Below, in pieces: positions 1-6,023 of a DNA stretch of 42,748 bases. A model generated the notes under the pieces. It saw only the letters and a program-made list of their open reading frames with translations. It ran no database searches and had not been told where the DNA came from. How positions within the stretch are numbered: the stretch's first letter is position 1; each line of letters opens with the position of its first letter. The position numbers were made by a program, and so were the translations under genes. This DNA comes from a virus: IMG/VR virus record IMGVR_UViG_3300013383_000009, positions 1-42,748 of that record. One strand, written 5' to 3'.

Positions 1-52
1 ACGCCGGACGCGGCGGCGTTGCCCATCCAACCGGACGCAGCGGCGTTGCCCC
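1..52. repeat. Terminal direct repeat, identical to 42697-42748 (circular-contig overlap)
   Basis: Read directly. The 52-mer acgccggacgcggcggcgttgcccatccaaccggacgcagcggcgttgcccc is present at both window ends. The minus-strand reading frame is continuous across the join. Confidence 0.95.
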
Positions 53-104
53 TCTCACCGGACGCGGCGGCGTTGCCACTCTCACCGGACGCGCGATCTT
101 CTAC
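1..104 (-). repeat. Continuation of the 27-bp tandem array across the circular junction
   Basis: Same 27-bp unit. Units at 24-50 and 51-77 are clear; 78-104 is degenerate. Confidence 0.9.
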
Positions 105-419
105 GGCATTTTCGCACCGGTCAAAAACAAACTTTACCCCCGCGTTGATAACGCCTTTCAGACCGATTTCTGCGCCGATTTTGATATGCTTGCCGCAAAT
201 CTTACTATCACCATTGTTGCGCTGGCCGTTGTCCTCCAATTCCACCTCGCAGTAGCGGCTCTCGCCCGGGTGGTAGTACCGCAGCGTGTCCAGCGCGTTC
301 TCGCAAGCGTGGAATCCATTGTTGCAAAGCGATGCCTCCTCCTCGGTATACTCGCCGCCAATCTCGTACTGGAAATCGCGGCACTTCAAATTCTTGTCGA
401 ATCCTTTGTATGCTTTCAT
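1..419 (-). CDS. N-terminal part of the junction-spanning repeat protein; conserved phage N-terminal domain (DUF7666-like, from memory)
   Basis: Not in the ORF track because it has no stop inside the window. ATG at 419-417. My translation: MKAYKGFDKNLKCRDFQYEIGGEYTEEEASLCNNGFHACENALDTLRYYHPGESRYCEVELEDNGQRNNGDSKICGKHIKIGAEIGLKGVINAGVKFVFDRCENAVEDRASGESGNAAASGERGNAAASGWMGNAAASG. It runs in frame into 42748..42237. Confidence 0.85.
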   Translation of the reverse strand, partial: MKAYKGFDKNLKCRDFQYEIGGEYTEEEASLCNNGFHACENALDTLRYYHPGESRYCEVELEDNGQRNNGDSKICGKHIKIGAEIGLKGVINAGVKFVFDRCENAVEDRASGESGNAAASGERGNAAASGWMGNAAASG

Positions 420-435
420 CTATTTTCCTCCTCGA

Positions 436-540
436 TCATTTCTTGTTGCCGGGCCTGTCCAGCTTGCCCACCAGCGCCATAAACAGGTAGCTGATGGTGC
501 CCGCGCCGATGATGGCCAGCGTCAATGTGTAACCATCCAT
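436..540 (-). CDS. Small hydrophobic (single-TM) protein, 34 aa
   Basis: Internal ATG of track ORF 436..624, preceded by GGGAGGAG. Translation: MDGYTLTLAIIGAGTISYLFMALVGKLDRPGNKK. Confidence 0.5.
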   Translation of the reverse strand: MDGYTLTLAIIGAGTISYLFMALVGKLDRPGNKK

Positions 541-542
541 GT

Positions 543-740
543 TTACTCCTCCCGCTCCGCAATCCACTTGTCCAGCAGATTGGGGAAAATCTGAAAAACA
601 CGCCGTTTCCCTCCGATAACGCACAGACCAAAAGGATACACACCCTGTTCAATCCCGTTTGACAGCGTGTCTTGCGAAATGCTCAGTCCATGCGCCCGAA
701 GATGCTCCATGCACTCTTGCAGCGACATCGTCTTAATCAT
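543..740 (-). CDS. Small winged-helix/excisionase-type (MerR-like) DNA-binding protein
   Basis: 65 aa. HTH-like LSISQDTLSNGIEQG followed by GGKRRVF...LLDKWI. ATGA-type overlap with the upstream Cro-like gene. Confidence 0.55.
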   Translation of the reverse strand: MIKTMSLQECMEHLRAHGLSISQDTLSNGIEQGVYPFGLCVIGGKRRVFQIFPNLLDKWIAEREE

Positions 741-955
741 CGTTCCTCCTTATTCGCCGCCCGGATAGCTTCCGCAGCAGCCTTGATTTCCTCCTCCGAC
801 ACGCCGTACATTTTTGCCATTTTCTTGTAATACTTCCGTGCCGGCGCCCAGTCTCCGTACTCCCAGTGTCTTACGCAGGACTGGTCAACAAACAGTTTCT
901 TGCCTACCTGTGTGCAGGAAAGATTTGCTCTATCCCGCATTTCTCTCAATGTCAA
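737..955 (-). CDS. XRE-family HTH protein, Cro-like first gene of the early operon
   Basis: TTG start 8 nt after AAGGAGGG. HTH LSCTQVGKKLFVDQSCVRHWE. Divergent from the plus-strand HTH gene. Confidence 0.75.
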   Translation of the reverse strand: MTLREMRDRANLSCTQVGKKLFVDQSCVRHWEYGDWAPARKYYKKMAKMYGVSEEEIKAAAEAIRAANKEER

Positions 956-986
956 ATTGCATTCCCTCCTTATATGTGAGATTTCA

Positions 987-1016
987 TTGACTGCGGCGGG
1001 GCGTTCGTGCTATAAT
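987..1016 (+). promoter_or_regulatory. Sigma70-type promoter (TTGACT, 18 nt, TATAAT) driving the small RNA
   Basis: TTGACT at 987-992 and TATAAT at 1011-1016. Confidence 0.65.
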
Positions 1017-1021
1017 CGCCT

Positions 1022-1136
1022 TGCAGGAGTTCAAAGACAGCGATTCTTGCTGTTAAATCCCCTCCCTGCCCGGTGCGGAGGTGGGGAGGGGAAACTCCTG
1101 CACCACGCCTCGTGTTACCGCACGGGGCGGTTTTTC
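1022..1136 (+). ncRNA. Candidate ~115-nt small RNA: three-way junction plus intrinsic terminator
   Basis: P1 is tgcaggagtt (1022-1031) paired with aactcctgca (1093-1102). P2 is acagc/gctgt (1037-1053). P3 is the cccctccc...ggggaggg hairpin (1059-1091). A terminator lies at 1106-1136. There is no ORF. Confidence 0.55.
1106..1136 (+). terminator. Rho-independent terminator
   Basis: 9-bp stem cgcctcgtg/cacggggcg, loop ttaccg, then gTTTTT. Confidence 0.75.
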
Positions 1137-1162
1137 TATCCCCGCCGCAGTCAACGCCCACC

Positions 1163-1186
1163 GAAAACTCATATTCATGAGTTTTC
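1163..1186. promoter_or_regulatory. Operator-like perfect palindrome (10-4-10)
   Basis: gaaaactcat attc atgagttttc, ending 4 bp before the -35 of the 1191 promoter. Confidence 0.6.
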
Positions 1187-1190
1187 ACAC

Positions 1191-1219
1191 TTGACACTCC
1201 ACAAAAACTGCGGTACAAT
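1191..1219 (+). promoter_or_regulatory. Sigma70-type promoter (TTGACA, 17 nt, TACAAT) for the plus-strand HTH operon
   Basis: TTGACA at 1191-1196 and TACAAT at 1214-1219. Confidence 0.7.
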
Positions 1220-1386
1220 ACCTTCGCCAAAAGAAATTGTTAAAAGCCGCTTTCGTGGGGGCTGGTGTTTTTGTACCCTTTTTCGGTGGGCCTGATATAA
1301 AGATACCTCATAATTTGGAGTTATGCAAGCCTTTTTTAACTCTTTTTTTGGAGTTTGTTAATTCTCACAAATTGGAGGGCGCTTTT

Positions 1387-1746
1387 TTGTTTAGATATGA
1401 CAGGCTTGAAGAACTTATAAAAGGAAGCGGGAAATCGAAAATATATCTTTGCAAAAAGATGAATCTCGGACCGACATATTTGCGGGACGCAAAAAAGCAA
1501 AATTCGAACATCAAAGATGAACCGCTCCGAATACTGGCGGAGGAACTCGGCACAACGCCGGAATATTTGCGGGGCGAAACGGATGACCCAAGCATAAAAA
1601 AAGCCCCCGGCATAAATGCCGAGGGATTCGTGCCGACTATGAAGGATTGGGAAGAACAGGCCGAAAACTGGACGGATGACCAAATTCTTCAAGCGATGCA
1701 GAAGCTTGTGGAGATTCAGCAGAGGAGGCGCAGCGATGGGCGTTGA
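1387..1746 (+). CDS. XRE-family HTH regulator (CI-like candidate)
   Basis: In-frame TTG at 1387, 7 nt after GGAGGG (1374-1379). HTH SGKSKIYLCKKMNLGPTYLRDAKK. The track ORF 1237..1746 has an unsupported N-terminal extension. Confidence 0.7.
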   Translation: MFRYDRLEELIKGSGKSKIYLCKKMNLGPTYLRDAKKQNSNIKDEPLRILAEELGTTPEYLRGETDDPSIKKAPGINAEGFVPTMKDWEEQAENWTDDQILQAMQKLVEIQQRRRSDGR

Positions 1747-2020
1747 GCTGACAAGGAGTGCAAAAAAGGCGCTGGCAGCTCTCTACACGCATTACTGCCA
1801 GCGCCGGGCATACGGGCAGTCGAAGCAAAACTCCACATTCTTCATGCCGATTCCAGAAGCAATAAAGGATGGGTTACAGGAGATTTGCGCTGCCGGATAT
1901 GCCGAGTATTCGCCTTTTGGTGGTGTTATCCTGATGGATGCGGGCATTGCCTACATGGACCAGAAAGACCCGGAAACCGTCCTCATGTGGGATTTACATG
2001 ACGGACAGGTCATAACCTAA
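1736..2020 (+). CDS. Hypothetical protein
   Basis: ATG at 1736 overlaps the upstream stop, suggesting translational coupling. 94 aa beginning MGVELTRSAKKALAALY. Confidence 0.6.
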   Translation: MGVELTRSAKKALAALYTHYCQRRAYGQSKQNSTFFMPIPEAIKDGLQEICAAGYAEYSPFGGVILMDAGIAYMDQKDPETVLMWDLHDGQVIT

Positions 2021-2218
2021 CTTGTTTTTCACAAATGCGGCGAAGTCACTGGCTTTATACAGGTTAGGCGTAAGCAGTGCGTTAGACACGCTGAGCCGGA
2101 CACCGCACATATCGCATTTGAAATCAACCTTATCTCCGATAAGCGGTGTTCCATTTACGAGGACAAATGTCTTTTCGCCGTCAGATGCAATCAGGACTTT
2201 TGCGTTTGATAATTCCAT
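1994..2218 (-). CDS. Hypothetical protein
   Basis: ATG (MELSNAKV...) 10 nt after GAAGGAG. Its 3' end overlaps the 3' end of the convergent plus gene by 27 bp. Confidence 0.55.
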   Translation of the reverse strand: MELSNAKVLIASDGEKTFVLVNGTPLIGDKVDFKCDMCGVRLSVSNALLTPNLYKASDFAAFVKNKLGYDLSVM

Positions 2219-2351
2219 TTTCTTCAAGCTCCTTCCATAGTTCGACTTTTTCTTTTTCCGTCAGTGTGCGCAAGGCGGACATAAAATCCGCTTTGGCGTA
2301 CACGGGATGCTCTTTTCTAATTATACCATATTTCTCTGCGATTGCAAACAT
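2181..2351 (-). CDS. Hypothetical small protein
   Basis: ATG (MFAIAEKYG...) downstream of GGAGGAA. The track start at 2399 is a GTG without an RBS. Confidence 0.5.
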   Translation of the reverse strand: MFAIAEKYGIIRKEHPVYAKADFMSALRTLTEKEKVELWKELEENGIIKRKSPDCI

Positions 2352-2404
2352 CCGTTCTATTCCTCCACAATAAGTGTTTTCACCTATACCACCAAACACG
2401 GTGT

Positions 2405-2428
2405 TTGTTGCACACTTTTGTGCAACAA
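2405..2428. promoter_or_regulatory. Operator-like perfect palindrome (10-4-10)
   Basis: ttgttgcaca cttt tgtgcaacaa, in the divergent intergenic region 2400-2643. Confidence 0.55.
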
Positions 2429-2456
2429 AATCGTAGAAAATAGAAATTTTGTTCTA

Positions 2457-2487
2457 CCCTCCCCATCCCCGCACCGGACGGGGAGGG
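2457..2487 (-). promoter_or_regulatory. Second copy (inverted orientation) of the conserved hairpin of the 1022-1136 RNA
   Basis: The minus-sense sequence ccctccccgtccggtgcggggatggggaggg folds as a 12-bp stem with loop GGUGCGG. It shares 7+9+9 identical nt with 1059-1091, and the two stem differences keep pairing. Confidence 0.55.
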
Positions 2488-2643
2488 TATTGCCCACGAA
2501 TCACCTAACGGTTTATCGTTTGCGCCTATACCATATCAAAAACAAATCGGGCGGTGCAATCCCGAAAAAGGCAATATCCCCAAATTTGGGGTTTGCAAAA
2601 TAATGCGGGCTATGCCCGAAAAAGGGGAAGAAGGCAATAAAAC

Positions 2644-3237
2644 ATGGAGAAATCGTTGCAGGACACTTGTCGGGACGCAAAACTGGAACAGCACATCACG
2701 GCGCAGGAGATAGCAGACCAATCCGGTGTGCCTTTGTCCAGCGTCAACAACTTTTTCGCATCCACATCTAAAGCACCGGGCGTGTATGCGGCTGGCCCCA
2801 TCTGCAAGGTGCTGGGGGTGTCTATGGACCGTTACTTTGGCATTGTAGAGGTTGTTTTGGCGCAAGACCAAATCAAGCAGCTCCAGCAAGTCCATGACGA
2901 GGATGTGCGCCTTGCACGGATAGAGGGCGCATACGATGAGCTGTCCAAATCAGCAGAGGAGCAGAAGAAAAAAGCAAGGCGGCAGCGCACGATGCTGTAT
3001 ATCGCATCGCTGCTGTCCGCTATTCTGCTGGGTATAGTTACATGGTATGTGGCGCTTGATTACCGTGTGCAGGACGAAGGCCTGATCCGATCTAAGACAA
3101 CCGGAACGATTGCATGGATTGTCATTGCGCTTTTGGCGGTGGGTATCGGCGTACTTACATCCGTGCTATTGTCCACTCTTGCGGCGGACAAAAAATCCAA
3201 ACAAGGCGAGGAAGCAGAAAATGAGCAACTGCATTAA
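2644..3237 (+). CDS. Membrane-anchored HTH protein (N-terminal XRE-like HTH, coiled coil, two C-terminal TM helices)
   Basis: HTH ITAQEIADQSGVPLSSVNNFF. Hydrophobic segments MLYIASLLSAILLGIVTWYVAL and IAWIVIALLAVGIGVLTSVLLSTL. Overlaps the integrase start by 17 nt. Confidence 0.75.
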   Translation: MEKSLQDTCRDAKLEQHITAQEIADQSGVPLSSVNNFFASTSKAPGVYAAGPICKVLGVSMDRYFGIVEVVLAQDQIKQLQQVHDEDVRLARIEGAYDELSKSAEEQKKKARRQRTMLYIASLLSAILLGIVTWYVALDYRVQDEGLIRSKTTGTIAWIVIALLAVGIGVLTSVLLSTLAADKKSKQGEEAENEQLH

Positions 3238-4315
3238 ATGCGGAACAGCTCTTGTCCCGGGCGCTGTATATTGCCATCTCTGTGGCAAAAAACAGGTAAC
3301 AGAGCGGCGCAAGGCATTGAAGCGGGCAAACGGCACCGGAACTGTATACAAACTGGCTGGGCGTAGAAAATCGCCTTGGGTGGCCGCAAAAAACAAAGTG
3401 ATTATCGGGCATTATGAGCGCAAAACGGACGCTCTGGACGCTTTGGAGCGGTTGAACGGCAAGAGTTTAACGGAGCGGTATAATATGACCTTTGCGGAAG
3501 TCTTTGATGCTTGGAAAGAGGAGCATTACAAAGAGATCGGCAAGCAGGGGATAGAATCATATAACAACGCCTACCGCATATTTACGCCGTTGCACGGGAA
3601 AAAGTTTCGTGATCTCCGCACCGCAGACTTTCAGGCCGTACTTGACCCACACATGACCAAGAGCCATTCCACCGTGAACAAGTACAAGCAGCTCATAACG
3701 CAGATGTCGAACTGGGCAATCCGGGAGGAAATCTGCACAACAAATTTTGCAAAGTTTGTCCGGCTGCCGGAGAATGTCAAAAAAGAAAAGGACATCTTCA
3801 CGGAGGAAGATATCCGAAAATTGGAATCCGACAACAGCGATGCGGCGAAAATTGTCTTGATGCTGCTGGCAACGGGTATGCGTATTGGAGAGCTGTTTTT
3901 TTTGCCGCTGGCAGACTATCACGGCGATTATGTGATCGGCGGTGAAAAGACCGAAGCCGGACGAAACCGAATTATCCCCGTTCGCCAGGAGGGGAAAAAA
4001 TACTTTGCCTACTTTGCGAAGCGAGCAACGGGGGAGCTGCTGTTATCCGGCTACGATGGGCAAAAAGTCCCAGCAAACTTCCGCAGGCGTGATTTTTACC
4101 CACTCCTTGACCGGCTGGGCATAGAGCGCAAGACCCCACACGCCACACGCCACACATACGCATCCCGGGCGGTAAAAGAGGGATTGCCCCCGGAAATGCT
4201 GCAAAAAATACTCGGACACGCCGATTATTCCACCACCGCAAACATATATACACACATCGACGCGCAGACACTTGTGGATGCTGTTACTAACACGTTACTA
4301 ACAAATAAGAAATAA
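3221..4315 (+). CDS. int: Tyrosine integrase with N-terminal zinc-ribbon
   Basis: ATG at 3221 after GAGGAAG. N-terminal CIKCG...CHLCG. C-terminal HATRHTYAS...LGHADYSTTANIYTH gives the R..HxxR..Y catalytic signature. Confidence 0.92.
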   Translation: MSNCIKCGTALVPGAVYCHLCGKKQVTERRKALKRANGTGTVYKLAGRRKSPWVAAKNKVIIGHYERKTDALDALERLNGKSLTERYNMTFAEVFDAWKEEHYKEIGKQGIESYNNAYRIFTPLHGKKFRDLRTADFQAVLDPHMTKSHSTVNKYKQLITQMSNWAIREEICTTNFAKFVRLPENVKKEKDIFTEEDIRKLESDNSDAAKIVLMLLATGMRIGELFFLPLADYHGDYVIGGEKTEAGRNRIIPVRQEGKKYFAYFAKRATGELLLSGYDGQKVPANFRRRDFYPLLDRLGIERKTPHATRHTYASRAVKEGLPPEMLQKILGHADYSTTANIYTHIDAQTLVDAVTNTLLTNKK

Positions 4316-4327
4316 ACAAAAAAGAAA

Positions 4328-4361
4328 AGCCTTGAAACCGTTGAGTTTCAAGGCTTTTTTT
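4328..4361 (+). terminator. Rho-independent terminator after int (A-tract upstream, so possibly bidirectional)
   Basis: 11-bp stem agccttgaaac/gtttcaaggct, loop cgttga, then TTTTTTT. Confidence 0.8.
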
Positions 4362-4406
4362 GGTGCCCCGTCGGGGATTCGAACCCCGGACACCCTGCTT
4401 AAAAGG
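4361..4406 (-). other. attP core: 3' half of a tRNA (anticodon loop CUUUUAA fits tRNA-Lys-UUU) including CCA
   Basis: Minus-sense reading: cttttaa gcagg gtgtc cgggg ttcgaat ccccg acggggc a cca. That is anticodon loop, 3' anticodon stem, variable loop, T arm, 3' acceptor strand and CCA. The 5' half is absent. It lies directly downstream of int. Confidence 0.7.
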
Positions 4407-4554
4407 CGTAAGCCAGTTCGAAAAGCGCAGTATATTGTTGCAATAAAGCGGTATAACACGGTATTTATCGGTGTTTTTCTTGTAAAAATGTTACGCTATA
4501 CTGCGCCGTATCGTTTGGGTTACTATCAAATTACTATCACTTTTCGGGCGATAT

Positions 4555-4866
4555 TTACCCATTGCGATACATGCTTTGGCAGCTCTTTACATCTTTTGCC
4601 TTGTCGATTTGCTTCTCGTGCAGATAATCATAGATAGCCTGCATGGAGGCGGGCGGTTCACCCTTCGCCTTGCGATACTGCTCAATCTGGCGTACAACTT
4701 CTCCATGTAGCAAATCCATGTGCCGCATTTCTTCCGTGGATAAATCGTAAAACAGTTTCGCAAGCGTGGGGTCGGATTCCTTGTATTTTAGGGCGCACTT
4801 TGCATATACTTCTGCATCGTGGATCTCGCTATCGATAAAATTTTCCAATTTCTCAATAACTTTCAT
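4555..4866 (-). CDS. Small helical protein, possibly ferritin-like (single ExxH motif)
   Basis: ATG after GGAGGTG. 103 aa, with EEMRH in a predicted helical context. The functional call is weak. Confidence 0.7.
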   Translation of the reverse strand: MKVIEKLENFIDSEIHDAEVYAKCALKYKESDPTLAKLFYDLSTEEMRHMDLLHGEVVRQIEQYRKAKGEPPASMQAIYDYLHEKQIDKAKDVKSCQSMYRNG

Positions 4867-4878
4867 CACGCACCTCCA

Positions 4879-5280
4879 TCAGATGCGCTGTACCCGGAGG
4901 GCAACATTACTAACTGTGGATGCCGCGCCAGTCAGTACCAGCGACAGCGCAGAGCCGGATGCGCAACACGCCTGACGCACAAGAGCGGGGAACGCCAGCG
5001 CAACAGGCGCGCCAGCCGCAGCATTTGCGGAAGCTGTCGCACCGGGAACAACCACTCCGTCCTTGATGAGCGTTGCAGTGACCGTCCCTGCCGCCGTGGG
5101 GGATACAGTGATGGACACATCGATATCATAATATCCTTTGCCAACGATATTGACAGCGTTTCCGTTCAAAGAAATATCACATCCATAGCGGCGGATAAGA
5201 CTACCCAGAGGGATAACACCATTTACGGCAACCTCCGTTGGGGTCTGCATAGCAGTGTAAATCGCAGATTTGCAAGACAT
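4879..5280 (-). CDS. Hypothetical protein resembling a BclA C-terminal / C1q-TNF-like jelly-roll domain
   Basis: 133 aa. The pattern G.YYDIDVSITVSP..GTVTATLIKDGVVVPG...GAPVALAF...LSLVLTG....VSNVALRVQRI recalls exosporium BclA C-terminal domains, by eye only. Confidence 0.7.
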   Translation of the reverse strand: MSCKSAIYTAMQTPTEVAVNGVIPLGSLIRRYGCDISLNGNAVNIVGKGYYDIDVSITVSPTAAGTVTATLIKDGVVVPGATASANAAAGAPVALAFPALVRQACCASGSALSLVLTGAASTVSNVALRVQRI

Positions 5281-5361
5281 TGTAAAATCTCCTTTCTAAA
5301 TTAAAAGGGCGGGACACCAGCCCCGCCCATAACCCGGCCAAAAGGGGCCTATCGTTCTGTG

Positions 5362-5973
5362 TCAGATGTTTGCGCCGCAGCAGCTGTTGCAGCCGCAGAA
5401 GGGGGAATTCCCGGCGTTGTAAGTGTAGCCGTTGGGATAGCGCACCACACCATACATCCGGTTATCCATCTCAAGGCTGGCAATGCGGGCGGACTGCTCC
5501 GCAATTCGTTGCTCAAGCTGGGACTTCTCCAGCGCCGCAAACTTGGCATCGATGTTGGCGTTTACGCCGTCAATGGCCCGCTTTGTGTCGCAGCAGCACT
5601 GCGCCATCTGGCTCTGGATGCTGTTGCCGGTCTGCATGATGGTCATGTTGGTGCCGTTCTGCGCCAAAGCCATCTCCTTGCCCAACTGCCCGATGCCGCC
5701 CTGCATCTCGTAACCAAGATTGCAGATGCCGTTACCGATGTTGGTCAGACGGTCGTTGATCTGCCCGAACTGCTGGCCGAACAGAATCTCCTGCTGGCTG
5801 GCAGCGGTGGCGAACTGGCCGAACTCACCCTGCCGATTCCATCCGTTGCCGCCAAAACCAAACATGAACAGGAACAGAACAACGATGAGAAACCAGCCGG
5901 AGCCCCAGCCGTTTTCTTCGTTTGTACCGCGCGTCACAGCGGCGATATCGCTAAGAGACATACCGTTCTCCAT
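5362..5973 (-). CDS. Membrane protein with Gly/Gln-rich and coiled-coil regions and a Cys-rich C-terminus
   Basis: ATG (MENGMSLS...) 8 nt after AAAGGAG. TM segment WFLIVVLFLFMFGF. Internal QCCCD and C-terminal CGCNSCCG. Confidence 0.7.
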   Translation of the reverse strand: MENGMSLSDIAAVTRGTNEENGWGSGWFLIVVLFLFMFGFGGNGWNRQGEFGQFATAASQQEILFGQQFGQINDRLTNIGNGICNLGYEMQGGIGQLGKEMALAQNGTNMTIMQTGNSIQSQMAQCCCDTKRAIDGVNANIDAKFAALEKSQLEQRIAEQSARIASLEMDNRMYGVVRYPNGYTYNAGNSPFCGCNSCCGANI

Positions 5974-6023
5974 GTGGAAAACTCCTTTCATAAATTTTTA
6001 TAAATAAACCGTGTCGACCCGGC

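Noticed and set aside
1022-1105. Tried to assign the three-way-junction RNA to a known riboswitch class (purine, c-di-GMP-I/II, glycine, THF, ZTP, preQ1, fluoride, guanidine).
   Set aside because: The junction and loop sequences do not match any consensus I can recall. The class is left unassigned rather than named.
1237-1386. N-terminal extension of the CI-like ORF in the track (start at 1237).
   Set aside because: The extension overlaps the 1191-1219 promoter's transcript start region and translates to hydrophobic, non-HTH sequence. It has no RBS, whereas TTG 1387 sits 7 nt after GGAGGG, right at the start of the HTH domain.
4423-4504. 10-bp inverted repeat with ~62-nt spacer followed by TTTT (minus sense) as terminator of the moron cluster.
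   Set aside because: The loop is far too large for an intrinsic terminator. It is more plausibly a pair of recombinase arm-type sites, and is reported only within the attP finding.
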